Shown piece by piece: positions 1-13,394 of a stretch of DNA of 64,000 nucleotides. The translations under genes and the position numbers were made by a program. Source of the stretch: Eledone cirrhosa (Eukaryota); contig OZ024740.1 of the NCBI GenBank assembly GCA_964016885.1, positions 410,130,001 through 410,194,000 on the forward strand, given 5' to 3'. The notes under the pieces were generated by a model. The model was not told where the DNA came from. It did no database searches and was given only the letters and a program-made list of their open reading frames with translations. Numbering within the stretch: the first letter of the stretch is position 1; each line of letters begins with the position of its first letter.

Positions 1-353
<353 letters not shown>

Positions 354-420
354 CTGCTAATAATACAACATTCAGATATATTTGAAATATAAATCTTTGT
401 ATTACGGGAAAACTTAAGGG

Positions 421-520
421 CACACATACATACACACATACACATACATACACACATACACATACATACACACACATACATACATACATACATACACATA
501 CACATACACATACACATGTA
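421..520. repeat. (CA/TACA)n microsatellite
   Basis: Mixed CA/TA simple repeat. Confidence 0.9.
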
Positions 521-690
521 TTATACATATATGATATAATATAATATATACAATGTACTATATATAATAAAAAGTAAAATGATCTCATTTCCTTATATCT
601 TCTCGGCGATTGACTATGAAGTACGAAATTATTTTCAAACATAGACATCCTAGCCATTTTGTTAAGTAGTACTTTAACTAATACAGTTAA

Positions 691-928
691 TGTTTTAATG
701 AAATCATGTTTTAATGAAATCATGTTTTAATGAAATCATGTTTTAATGAAATCATGTTTTAATGAAATCATGTTTTAATGAAATCATGTTTTAATGAAAT
801 CATGTTTTAATGAAATCATGTTTTAATGAAATCATGTTTTAATGAAATCATGTTTTAATGAAATCATGTTTTAATGAAATCATGTTTTAATGAAATCATG
901 TTTTAATGAAATCATGTTTTAATGAAAT
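691..928. repeat. 16-bp minisatellite (TGTTTTAATGAAATCA), ~15 copies
   Basis: Perfect tandem units. Confidence 0.95.
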
Positions 929-999
929 AAATTATATTTCTCCCGTATTTCCTTACACTAATCTAAAAATGTCTCTACCATTATTACATTATACATAGA

Positions 1000-1174
1000 G
1001 GGCGGTGGATTGGCAGTATTGGTAGAGAGTCGGACGCCATGCTTTGACGTATAGAGTTACGGCCCTTGCCATTCTGAGTTCAAATCCCGCCAAGGTTTAC
1101 GGCGTCGATAAAATAAAGTACCAGTAATGCACTGGGTAATTGCTGGCCTTGTGCCTAACGTAGAAACAATTATT
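1000..1174 (+). mobile_element. tRNA-derived SINE, main family, short form
   Basis: A-box-like TGGCAGTATTGG and B-box GAGTTCAAATCC; 3' end AGAAACAATTATT; direct repeat ATTATTACATTATACATA at 980-997 and 1169-1186; many copies in the window. Confidence 0.88.
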
Positions 1175-1186
1175 ACATTATACATA

Positions 1187-1360
1187 TGCATAGAATTACG
1201 GCCCTTTACGTTCTGATTCAAATTCCACCGAGGTTAGCTTTGCCTTTCATCTTTACGGGATCAATGAAATAAAGCATCAGTTATTCACTGGGGTCGATTT
1301 AATCGACCTTCTTTTCCCCTCCAAATTGCTGGCCTTGTGCCTATAGCAGAAACAATTATT
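1187..1360 (+). mobile_element. SINE, main family, 5'-truncated long form
   Basis: Aligns by eye to the 3' part of the 33105-33325 copy, including the GGGTCGAT..ATCGAC segment. Confidence 0.8.
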
Positions 1361-1778
1361 ACACTATACATAAAACAAAGGGTACTAAGGTTTGCCAATA
1401 AAGTTGTAAATATTTTAACATCAGAAAGGAAGAACATGATCCAATGCATACATTTGAAATAAATTTCCTTGCTGCCTACTTATGTTCAGATGATGACTGA
1501 CAAAAGTCGGAAAGACGGTGAACATCTTGAGGAGGGAGTCCCGTGAGGTGGAGTGGCTGTTGCAGTGTTAGAGTGGTGTTTTTGGCCATTCTCCACGGTA
1601 ATGATTCATCATTTTGTCCACGGGGCGCAGCTGAGGCACCGTACAGACCGTGGTGTAGTGTCTGTTCTCCCTCTCCCTTCCTTTCATTGCTTGATCCCTT
1701 TTTTCTTCTTTTTTTTCTTTTTCTTCTTCCTTGTTTTGTTCTCTCTAATAGTGTTTTGTTTTTATTAGATACTGCTCA

Positions 1779-1960
1779 ATAATTGTTTCTACTTTTGGCA
1801 CAAGGCCAGCAATTACTCAGTGCATTACTGGTACTTTATTTTATCGACCCCGTAAGGATGAGAGGCAAAGTTAACCTCGGTGGGATTTGAACTCAGAATG
1901 GCAAGGGCCGTAACTCTATGCGTCAAAGCATGGTGTCCGTCCCTCTGCCGCTACTGCTCA
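1779..1960 (-). mobile_element. tRNA-derived SINE, main family
   Basis: Reverse complement of the 1000-1174 type; flanking TACTGCTCAA repeat. Confidence 0.88.
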
Positions 1961-2138
1961 AAAATGTTTATATAATATCAATGGTTATTCATGATATTGT
2001 GGAATGGTTAGTTGTTAAGGTGATACACTTTGAATAAACGAAAGGAATACTGATAAAAAAAAGTGCTGAGATTTCCATATTAAAACTCAGCATTTATTTT
2101 GTCATATTTCTCTGTATCAATAAAAACATAGAGGTTAA

Positions 2139-2361
2139 AAAGGATCGATCGACTTTCGTCAAATCGGACCGAGGAAACAATGTTTTCGTCGGTCTTTCCA
2201 GTTGCTAGTACTATCTATCGGTCGCAACTCCAGGTAGAAGGAGCAACGGGAAATAAAGTGTCTTGCTCAAGGACATAACGCATCACCCGGTGCATGAATC
2301 GAACTCACAACCTCAAAATTGTGAATCCAATTCTCTAACCACTCAGCCACACGCCTTCACT
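2139..2361 (-). mobile_element. tRNA-derived SINE, second family
   Basis: Minus strand has TGGCTGAGTGG (A box) and GAGTTCGATTC (B box); TSD ACATAGAGGTTAA on both sides. Confidence 0.75.
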
Positions 2362-3264
2362 ACATAGAGGTTAATGATTCCTAATTAACGACCAGCAGAA
2401 ATATAATAATTTTGATAAGAAACCAAACTAATGTAAACAAATAATCATTTGGGAAATATTTTTAAACACTGCAATTGAAATGTTACATATGAGCGTATAA
2501 AATGACCCCAACTAGTCTGTGTGAAATATTTAAGCGTAGTTCCAGCTCCCTATAAAAGTTACAATATTGTATTTGGTGCTTTGGACTTGCATGTTAAAAT
2601 GCAATATTTAAACATGCCTTAATATTGATATTCGGCCCCACCAAAACCTTTTATATATACTACATAACTTCAGTCATATCAAATCATGAATATGAAGCTA
2701 TGAATGCCTGTGCATTTACATAATCTCACAATTATTACAAACTAACATAATATTTGATTAATAAAGCGAAGAACTCTGAAATGAGATACATGAACAATAT
2801 AGCTTCATATAATCACAATATAGCACAATATTGAAATCCACAAACAAAGAGAATATGAGATTCAAAAGATATACACAGCTTCTTTCCTATCAACTGCTAT
2901 GGCTTTGAAATTAATTTCAAGAAACACGAGAACAAGTGTTTCATCTGTGTAATTTCAGCTGGCAATAATTACAAACTAAATAATCTGGTGACTGGAACAT
3001 TTACAGCAGCAATTACACAGTGTATATATATTTCCTTACACACTCTTAAATTCACAAGTGGTATATATGTATTACCGTTCATCCTGTTATGTAGTTACGA
3101 CGGTTTGGAAATGTTCCTAGATACTAGTGAAAAAACAATAACTTTATAGGAAAAGAACAAACTAAATATTTAACAAGAGGATATTGAAACACTGAAATAA
3201 ATTGTAGCCTTAAGACAAATGCTGACATCTACTTGAAACATGGCAATATTGATTTCTGCAAAGT

Positions 3265-3450
3265 TATAGGGAAGGAGTGTAGTCGACTAAATTGACTCCA
3301 ATATAGTATAGACAGTTATGTTATCGACATGTGAGGAATGAAAGTCATGGTCGATGACGTCGGAATTTGAATTCTGAACATAAAGAAAGCTAATGAAGTG
3401 CCCTGAGAAATTTAGCTCTCATTCTACACTTCATGCCATCCCACCGTCCT
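3265..3450 (-). mobile_element. Old degenerate SINE related to the main family
   Basis: Remnants TTATCGAC..GAATGAAAG..GGAATTTGAATTC. Confidence 0.55.
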
Positions 3451-4544
3451 CTGAAAGTATGAACAGATTGGAGCTATGTCGGTCATTATATTGAAGCAAG
3501 TTATGTTCTTATACATCACACAACACATCTCCAATAAATTGCATTATTTACATAAACAAAAAAACAAAAAAAAGAAATCTACAGTATGTCAAGTCTGTTA
3601 CGCCAGATGATTTCATTCTCAGCAACACTATCAACAGTCAAACTAATAGGAAAGCCTCTGTGAGGTCTCTCAATCTGCAAGAAATAACAGCCAAATCTAT
3701 TTCAAATTACCCTCTAAGAATCTATTTAAGGAACTGACACATTAAATCTCGGTCTATGTAACTCTCAGATGACTGGCTGCAAAGTCTTTGACCATACGCC
3801 TGCTCGATCACAGTTAGCCTGAGGCTAAACACTAAACAATTACAACAAAAAATATGCTGTCAGTCACACGTCTTGTCTAAATTGGGAAGATAGTATTTAT
3901 TCATGTTCTATTCTTGAATCGGAAGACATTGTTTTAGACCTTATTGGCTAGCTTATCTCTCCAATATTGTTTTCCGTATATAGTTGAGTTGCTAGCCGCG
4001 GCTGATAGTAACCGCAGTCGATAGTAAACAATCACAGCAATGAACACTTACATATCAAAATATTCAATTTTGAAATGAATCAGACCTCTTAGCTGTAAAC
4101 GGGTGACATAATGATGTAACTCACCAACTCACAACAATAACAAACTAGTACAATATATAACTAACGAATGTTTCACTAGATTGAAACTCTGAAATATAAA
4201 CAAAATGCTACAATTGTCAGTTAAATAAGTATGAGCTCCGCCCCAATGTCAGTTACAGGAAACTACTTCTAGGCACTACCTTTATGACTCATTGTGATAC
4301 ATGTCACTCATTTAAGATATAAATATTATCTATTATTATTTATTTAAGTAAAAAATCTTTAGTAGACTACATTAAGAAGAAATAAGTAGAATAACAATAT
4401 TTTTCTAGAGCAGAATAACAATGTATTTCTACGTCTTCAGTACTAAGTAAATGATAAAAGAAAAAGAATTCGATAACAGTAATGGAAGCCATATCACACG
4501 ATAATTCTTATTCTATGACATTTCTGATTTTATATCTTTGTGAG

Positions 4545-4610
<66 letters not shown>

Positions 4611-5177
4611 CCTTTTCCGGTGTATTATTTATCTTTGAAATATATTTATGTCTTCTCCAAACACTATTTAGTTCCATCTCATCCCATAAGCACGTGTCAA
4701 GGTGGAGCTGCTGTGCTAGAAACTTTGTTTTATTTGATTCTTTTTGTATGCAGTAGTAATATCATATATGTAAATAATCTTTTAAAACTTCAGAACACAA
4801 TACACCTTAAATTAGTCGTACAGTTATATCGTCTGTTTCTCCTTGAAATATCTATCATGTTATAAATATCTATCATGTTATTTAGAATTCAAAAATTACT
4901 TTCATTTTATTATCTATTTCGATATACGTATTTTGTAATGTGTATGAAATAGCTTAATGTATCAGCCAGCGTCGTGCTTCTTCCAGACTACTAGAAATAG
5001 TAACCAAATAAGTCCCTCATCACACGCTACGGTTTGAACCCCACGACACCCAGTGTTAATAATTCTTGATATTTAAAATACTGCGCTTTTCTTGGAAATA
5101 GTCTTTCAACACATAACTGTTAGCAAAGGTTGTAATGTAATATTGGTAGTCGGAAACATTGCTACCACCAGGAATAA

Positions 5178-5527
5178 TACATACACACACATACAGACGA
5201 CAGACAGACACAGACACACACAGACAGACGACAAACAGACACACACACACAGACAGACAGACGACAGATAGACGGACACACACACATAGACAGACAGACG
5301 ACAGACAGACACACGCGCACACAGGCTCACACACACACAGACAGACGACAGACAGACACCACACACAGACAGACGACAGACAGACACCACACACAGACAG
5401 ACGACAGACAGACACCACACACAGACAGACGACAGACAGACGGACACACACACACAGACAGACAGACGGCAGACAGACACACACGCACACAGGCACATAC
5501 ACACACGCACACACACATATATATATA
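5178..5527. repeat. Compound (CA)/(CAGA)/(GAC) microsatellite
   Basis: Direct reading; explains the Cys/Val-rich spurious ORFs. Confidence 0.92.
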
Positions 5528-5626
5528 CAGGGTGTCCCCCAAAAATGTATACATACTTTGATTACTTGTACAGGCAATATTTATTAGAATGCTGTTAAAG
5601 TGTGTATACATTTTTGGGACACCCTG
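5528..5626. mobile_element. Tc1/mariner-type MITE (~99 bp)
   Basis: TIRs CAGGGTGTCCCC(C)AAAAATGTATACA.ACTTT / AAAGTGTGTATACATTTTTGGGACACCCTG; TA on the left flank. Confidence 0.8.
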
Positions 5627-5628
5627 TT

Positions 5629-5882
<254 letters not shown>

Positions 5883-5929
5883 ATGTATACATATATATAT
5901 ATCAATAATATTAATAAATGGAAAATATC

Positions 5930-5986
5930 TTTATTATACGTATTTCAAGGGTACTAATATTTTAGTACGCTTTCGTCAGATAAAAT
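5930..5986 (-). ncRNA. Type I hammerhead ribozyme in pLTR-like fragment (family B)
   Basis: Minus strand tttat-CTGACGA-stem II(aag..ctt)-GAAA-tacgta-TA-ataaa. Confidence 0.8.
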
Positions 5987-6101
5987 ACAATAATTGGTGT
6001 AAAGATAGGGACATATCTTCATGCGAACTTCATTGAAGATAGAAGTATCATATAACAATATTTTCCATTTATTAATATTATTGATATTAATGATACTCAT
6101 T

Positions 6102-6176
<75 letters not shown>

Positions 6177-6349
6177 AGAGCGAGAGCGAGAGCGAAAGAG
6201 AGAGATAGATAGATAGAGAGAGAGAGAATTTAATTTCTTACATCGAAGACAGCTTGCCATTAAATAAGGTGAAATAGACTAGCAACGTTTTGAAGTTTAT
6301 CGATAAATAAAGTGTTTTACAATAGTTTTCTATGCCCCATCCCCTCGGT

Positions 6350-7320
6350 GATCATGATCGATATAATCTTTCTACATCTAAGTTTTGTGGTGTGTTCTAC
6401 ATGCTGTCATTATTTTTCTTGTTTTTCTGTCTAGTCTTTTAGTGTTCACTTCAGAATATTAAACTGTAACTTATTACTGGGATTGCTAGAGTATTGATGC
6501 CAATTACCTTATTATTTGCATCCAGTTCTGCCTTAAGTAGTATAGTTCGCTGATTCCTAATTATTTGTATGTCTGTGTTTTATCTAATTCTCTTTTCTAA
6601 ATTTATTTCTCTAGTGTGACTAGCTTTTCTCTCTTTAGAGTTGCCTTGGCACATATTCTAATTCAAATATCATGCCTATTTATTTCGTCAATTTATGTTC
6701 TGTCTGCAACAGTGTCTCAAGTCGTCTCTCAACTGCAGTGTAAGCGTTTGATCGCCCATATATAGGAGATGGTTAATTTTCTTGCTGTAGCATTTGTATC
6801 CAAGTTCAGACTTGTTTAATATGTTAGGTAAATGTGTCAGTGTTGCGCAGAATAGAAGTAATAGGGAGTCCCCTGGAAATATTCCTCTGTTAACTGGGAT
6901 AGACTTAGTTTTTACAAGTCCATCTTTCGTCTGTATTTGTAGAATGTTTTTCGCCATTTTCTCATGTCATCCTTGAATGTTTTTCTGTTGGCGCCAATTT
7001 GATTCCGGCTTGTGTGTTCAGTATCTACGTATGGAAGTCACTGTCACTGTGAAAAGCCTTCTGGTGGTCAATCCATGCCATACTGAGATATGTTTATTTT
7101 TCTGCAGCTTTTTCTTATGGATTTGTTGATTAGTAATTGTTTTTTACAGCCATATGAGCCTTTGCAGCTTCCTTTCTGCTTTTCTGGCAACAGGTTGTTT
7201 TTTCCAGGTGATTGGTTAGTTTCTGCGATATTATTACAGTGACGGTCTTGTAGGTTGTAGGAAGACATGTTATGGGTTACCAGCTTTAGAGGTTTGCTGT
7301 ATCATTATTTTGGGAAATCG
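6350..7320 (-). mobile_element. Degenerate R4/Dong-like non-LTR retrotransposon RT fragments
   Basis: Peptides LLPEKQKGSCKGSYGCKKQLLIN, NRGIFPGDSL, INHLLYMGD. Confidence 0.75.
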
Positions 7321-7419
7321 ATAGAGTGCATAGCTCGAAGATCAGAGAGCCTCTCCAGGTAGAGATGCTACTGAGAGATAACAGCTCAGATTAATATGTG
7401 ATTAGAATATCTCAGGAAA

Positions 7420-7613
7420 GAATCGCTGGACAAATTTTAGGGACAAAACCAACCGGCAGGAGCCCCGAGGGTAAAACCTGGGCAAGAAGGTTGGGTAACA
7501 TCTATGAGCTTCGCTAGTCTTGCTTGAAGATCCAGCTGGATCAATTTGAGACGGTTGCTTCTGACAGGACCCACTGGAAGGAATGTTTGAGGACTCTGCC
7601 CCCACGACTTTCT

Positions 7614-7644
<31 letters not shown>

Positions 7645-7662
7645 AAGAAGAAGAAGAAGAAG
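7420..7662 (+). mobile_element. RTE LINE 3' end with (AAG)n tail
   Basis: Remnant peptide TVASDRTHWK (A-x-DR-x-x-W motif) followed by a microsatellite tail. Confidence 0.6.
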
Positions 7663-7809
7663 AATACTTAATAGCGTCAAAACTATCCAGGTTTCAGAGA
7701 ATAAAGGTCACCTTTAAAAAGAAGAAAAAGAAGAGTGATGGTTTACCCTTAGTGAATCAGTCAGGTGTTAGATCTGGCTTCGTCAACATCTCATTAAATG
7801 TTTCGGCAA

Positions 7810-8170
7810 GTATTAATGTATTAATGTATGTATGTATTAATGTATAATGTATGTATGTATTAATGTATGTATGTATTCTCTTTCTCTTAATTTCGAGTAT
7901 ATTTTTTTGACCAGCCACCTTCCTGGTGGCAAGGTTGTAAAAGAAAAGAAATTGTCATCCCTTGAATCGCAAGAATGTTTTGCAAATTTTGAAGGTGCCA
8001 GCTATCGCAGCCATTTGTAGACTATGAATTAGGGAGCTGCGCTTTTTGTCCGCAAATCCAAGTTCAGTCATACTTTGGTCCAAGCGGGTTGGTATATAAC
8101 CCGTAGCTCCAATAATGATGGGTATGAAGCTAAAGGTGTATCTTGGATACTGAATTTGTAAACTCCTCAT
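7810..8170 (-). mobile_element. 3' end of RLE-type (R4/Dong-like) LINE
   Basis: Peptide MRSLQIQYPRYTFSFIPIIIGATGYIP..LQMAAIAGTFKICKTFL, typical RLE C-terminus; (TACA)n-like tract downstream. Confidence 0.7.
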
Positions 8171-8250
8171 CAATGTATGTATGTATGTATGTATGTATGT
8201 ATGTATGTATGTATGTATGTATGTATGTATGTATGTATGTATGTATGTAT

Positions 8251-10157
8251 CATGGTCGGGTCGTTGGCGACTAAACTGGCAACCCCACCAAGGTTTCTTG
8301 GTGAGGAGGGTGACTTTGGACATCCTGCAGGACTAAAAACAAAACCTGTCAAAGGGTAAAGGAGCTCTTAAGAGTCAATGACCATCCAAAATCACCGGGA
8401 GAGATGACCCCTTAGCCTTTGTCAAGGCAGAATTCTAGGAGAAGGAAAACTCTGATATAACACCTGCAACCCTGATGGTATCCAATGATGTTGACTTGTT
8501 CTTCATTTTGGTAAATATCATCTTGGTTAAGAGAGTGGGACTGGCTTTGTGCAGTGCCTTTGCTCACTATAAAAGCTTCATAGCACAGGCATTGCTTTAT
8601 ATCTGGAGATCTCTCTGTACTTGTCGTCACATGGTAACATGGGCCCAACACTATGTGTCAATTATTGACACAAGTGTAGTGTTTGTACCAGAGTTTTCAA
8701 GTCGCTGGCTGGACTAAAAAGTCACACTCATTCAGCGCATCGGTAGGGTTTCTCCTACATGGATACAAAGTAGTGGCCGTACTCGAAAACTAGTTGGCAG
8801 CCACCATGTATGTATGTATGTATGTATGTATGTATGTATGTATGTATGTATGTATGTATGTATGTATGTATGTATGTATGTATGTATGAATGTTGGTGCT
8901 ACTGGTAACATGTATCCCAGTACGACCTGTCTCATGGTCGGGTCGTTGGTGACTAAACTGGCAACCCCACCAAGGTTTCTTGGTGAGGAGGGTGACTTTG
9001 GACATCCTGCAGGACTAAAAACAAAACCTGTCAAAGGGTAAAGGAGCTCTTAAGAGTCAATGGCCATCCAAAATCACCGGGAGAGATGACCCCTTAGCCT
9101 TTGTCAAGGCAGAATTCTAGGAGAAGGAAAACTCTGATATAACACCTGCAACCCTGATGGTATCCAATGATGTTGACTTGTTCTTCATTTTGGTAAATAT
9201 CATCTTGGTTAAGAGAGTGGGACTGGCTTTGTGCAGTGCCTTTGCTCACTATAAAAGCTTCATAGCACAGGCATTGCTTTATATCTGGAGATCTCTCTGT
9301 ACTTGTCGTCACATGGTAACATGGGACCAACACTATGTGTCAATTATTGACACAAGTGTAGTGTTTGTACCAGAGTTTTCAAGTCGCTGGCTGGACTAAA
9401 AAGTCACACTCATTCAGCACATCGGTAGGGTTTCTCCTACATGGATACAAAGTAGTGGCCGTACTCGAAAACGAGTTGGCAGCCACCATGTATGTATGTA
9501 TGTATGTATGTATGTATGTATGTATGTATGTATGTATGTATGAATGTTGGTGCTACTGGTAACATGTATCCCAGTACGACCTGTCTCATGGTCGGGTCGT
9601 TGGTGACTAAACTGGCAACCCCACCAAGGTTTCTTGGTGAGGAGGGTGACTTTGGACATCCTTCAGGACTAAAAACAAAACATGTCAAAGGGCAAAGGAG
9701 CTCTTAAGAGTTAATGGCCATCCAAAATCACCGGGAGAGATGACCCCTTAGCCTTTGTCAAGGCAGAATTCTAGGAGAAGGAAAACTCTGATATAACACC
9801 TTCAACCCTGATGGTATCCAATGATGTTGACTTGTTCTTCTTTTTGGTAAATATCATCTTGGTTAAGAGAGTGAGACTGGCTTTGTGCAATGCCTTTGCT
9901 CACTATAAAAGCTTCATAGCACAGGCATTGCTTTATATCTGGAGATCTCTCTGCACTTGTCGTCACATGGTACCATGGGCCCAGCACTATGTGTCAGTAA
10001 TTGTCACAAGTGTAGTGTTTGTACCAGAGTTTTCAAGTCGCTGACTGGACTAAAAAGTCACACTCATTCAGCGCATCGGTAGGGTTTCTCCTACATGGAT
10101 ATAAAGTAGTGGACGTACTCGAAAATGAGTTAGCAGCCACCATGTATGTATGTATGT
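8251..10157 (+). mobile_element. Tandem trimer of a ~600 bp bipartite non-autonomous RTE derivative with (TATG)n tails
   Basis: Copies 8251-8888, 8889-9542, 9543-10157; RTE 5'-type motif CTAGGAGAAGGAAAACTCTGA; 3' part encodes HKCSVCTRVFKSLAGLKSHTHSAHR* (8669-8746). Confidence 0.75.
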
Positions 10158-10360
10158 GAGTGTCTGTGCTCCGACTAGTTCTATGTCTAACGATGTGTAT
10201 ACCGACGTGTGTATGTGTGTGTGTGTGTGTGTGTTATTGCTGTTGCTGCAGCCAAGATGTTATTGCGATCATTGACCTGTCCAACAACAATTCCTCCCCC
10301 TTCCTTAAAATGACAATTTCATCCTGTTCTACCACTTTGCTTCCAATTGATTATTTCTTT

Positions 10361-10535
10361 GGATTGGCAGTATCGGTAGAGGGTCGGGCTCCATGCTTTG
10401 AAGTATAGAGTTACCTCCCTGTATGATCTGAGTTCAAATCCCGCCGAGGTTAACTTTGCCTTTCATCCTTACGGGGTCGATAAAATAAAGTACCAGCAAT
10501 ACGCTGGCCTTGTGCCAAAAGTAGAAACAATTATT
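10361..10535 (+). mobile_element. tRNA-derived SINE, main family
   Basis: A/B boxes; flanking TTATTTCTT repeat. Confidence 0.88.
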
Positions 10536-11275
10536 TCTTGAAATTTCTTCCCCCAACTTCCCCTAATTCTTCGACCACTTTCCACCCACATATACACAAC
10601 TAATAACTATGTCATTTCCTGCCTTTTCTCACCTGTTCCCATTGTGTCCTGGTGGTATTCGAACCGAGAATGTAAAGATACGAAAGAAAAACCGCAACAC
10701 ATTTTATCCGACACTCTATTTTGAATTGACAGAATAAGAAGTCCTAAGAATTTAAGGTGAGTAATTGCTTTCCTTTCTTTAGAAACAATTAAGTATAACA
10801 AAAAGTTTTGAGTGGCGTTCAAGTCAATATGTACAATAAATGAATTGAGTTCTCTCTTCGATGCCGTTGTCACTAGTACTAGTACTAGTACTACTCTTAA
10901 TCTTCTATCTGTGTCTAACTGTCTTTCCCCCTCTCTCTCCCTTACTATTTACACCACCTTATTTCCTATTTTCTATCTCCTCCATTTTTTAAACGGTCAA
11001 CATCTTTGTGTTTAAAATGTATTGTAATTCTGTTTTGATCCTTCAAATGTCGACTGGTATGCTTCGCTTTTTACATTTAATGTAGTCCCTATCTTCAGTG
11101 ACATGTATTTTTGAGTTTTATATTTATTTTCTTTTTGGTTCTGAAGATGAGATCGAATCTTTGTTTAGTTATATTATCATTTGAATATTATCATCCGAAT
11201 TCTGTTAGGATTTCTGACACAATTGTAAATCCTTAAATGTATTTGTTCAAGAATTTGGTATTGTTTTCTCTAACA

Positions 11276-11652
<377 letters not shown>

Positions 11653-11657
<5 letters not shown>

Positions 11658-12320
11658 AACTTAAGTAAATTAACATTAACAAAGAGGAGACAAGAAAACC
11701 GAAAAACAATTTTTGGGAGGGGGGAAACCTTAAAAAATTATTTTTGAAAATGAAAATACAAACGAAGACACAGAACTCCAGGTTCTTCAGCCTTTGAGAT
11801 GGACTTTGGCAGTTTCAACCCCTACCAATGGTACTGCTGGTCCACCCGGGGCCACAGCGTCTGATATGAGCCAAAACGCTGTCCATGGAGTAAGAGACAA
11901 GACAAAACAATAATTTATACCAATTAAGCTATAACATGTACACATAGAATTTAATGTGACGTCAGGGAAATGGTATTGTCTCTTTTTTACACGCGGGTCT
12001 CTTGAGCCAAACAAAAGGAAAGAAATAAAAAATAAAAAAAGGAGGGAAATAAAGGCAAATAGAAGAAAGTAAGATGTGTTGAATGTTAATTATTGAGATT
12101 ATTCAGGGGTGGGGATGGAGAAGAGAAACACGTACGTCACAGATTAGTAATAATATACTTAAGAAAATTAACAAAGAGAAAACAAGACAACGAAACAAGG
12201 CAAACCGAAAAACAATTTTTTAAAGGGGAAACCTTAAAAAATTATTTTTTGAAAACAAAAATACAAACGAAAGACACAGAACTCCAGGGTTTTCAGCCTT
12301 TAAGAAGGATTTCGGCAGTA
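11653..12320. mobile_element. Unclassified TA-embedded element with ~150 bp direct repeats
   Basis: 11665-11812 resembles 12165-12318 (GGGGAAACCTTAAAAAATTATTTTT..GACACAGAACTCCAGG). Confidence 0.5.
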
Positions 12321-12485
12321 TGTATATATACATGTGTGTGTATATATATTAAATATATATATATTATATATTATAGTAATAATAATAAATTTGAAGACTA
12401 AAATCCAAAGAGGGCTCGATAAGGATAAATATATATCAAAAATATAAGAACCGTAGAGCAAATATTTATTAAAATAACAGATTAA

Positions 12486-12536
12486 AGTTTAAGCAAAGAA
12501 TCGCTGCTTTCACCCTTAACGGGATCTTCTGAAACT
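12486..12536 (-). ncRNA. Hammerhead-like motif, CAGAAGA core variant
   Basis: agttt-CAGAAGA-tccc gttaa gggt-GAAA-gca..tgc-TT-aaact. Confidence 0.6.
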
Positions 12537-13230
12537 AACAAAGTCAATCTGTGAACGCAGAAGTGAATATTTCAAAAAACGTTGCAACCGGAGGAAGACA
12601 GGAAAGCGATACTTTGGTTCGTGGAAACGTTCCCTGGCAAAGAACGGGAAAAAACGAATATAATACCTCGTTATTTGGAGCGGTGAAAAACAATTAGACG
12701 CAAAGACAAAACCACGTTTATGGTATAAAAGAAGTCGTAGACTAATATTCTATGAGAGACGTTCTCAGGCAATGAACGGAAAAAACGAAGATAATACGTC
12801 ATATGTGGAGCGGGGAGAACAATTGCACGCAAAAACAAAACCACGTAAATGTTATAACTGAAGTCGTAGACTAAAATTCTAACTAGGAAACCGAATGATT
12901 CTCGGCTTCAGAGTTAAGAATAAAGTAAATAAAATACAGAGGTAAATGAAATTAAATAAATACATACACGCATCGATATACGTACATACACAAGCATACG
13001 CGAAAACATTCTAATAGAATATTAGTCTACAACTTCTTTTATACCATAAACGAGGTTTTGTCTTTGCGTGTAATTGTTTTTCACCGCTCCAAATAATGAC
13101 GTATTATATTCGTTTTTTCCGTTCTTTGCCAGGGAACGTTTCCACGAACCAAAGTATCGTCTTCCTGTCTTCATCCGGTTGCAACGTTTTTTTGAAATAT
13201 TCACTTCTGCGTTTACAGATTGACTTTGTT

Positions 13231-13281
13231 AATTTCAGAAGATCCCGTTAAGGGTGAAAGCAGCGATTCTTTGCTTAAACT
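13231..13281 (+). ncRNA. Hammerhead-like motif, CAGAAGA core variant (inverted copy)
   Basis: Same motif on the + strand with one stem I mismatch. Confidence 0.55.
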
Positions 13282-13305
13282 TTAATCTGTTATTTTAATA
13301 AATAT

Positions 13306-13391
<86 letters not shown>

Positions 13392-13394
<3 letters not shown>

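Larger units (their letters stand above)
12375..13306. mobile_element. Inverted pair of pLTR-like sequences between (TA)n tracts
   Basis: 12461-12752 is the reverse complement of 13014-13306; internal duplicate ~12755-12880. Confidence 0.75.

Noticed and set aside
1000-1100. tRNA gene
   Set aside because: A/B boxes belong to a multi-copy SINE with TSDs; no cloverleaf.
8889-8965. HDV-like ribozyme at the head of the RTE-derived unit
   Set aside because: CCAGT/ACTGG pairing and a CTAA are present, but I could not build P1/P1.1/P3 by eye; left as a test only.
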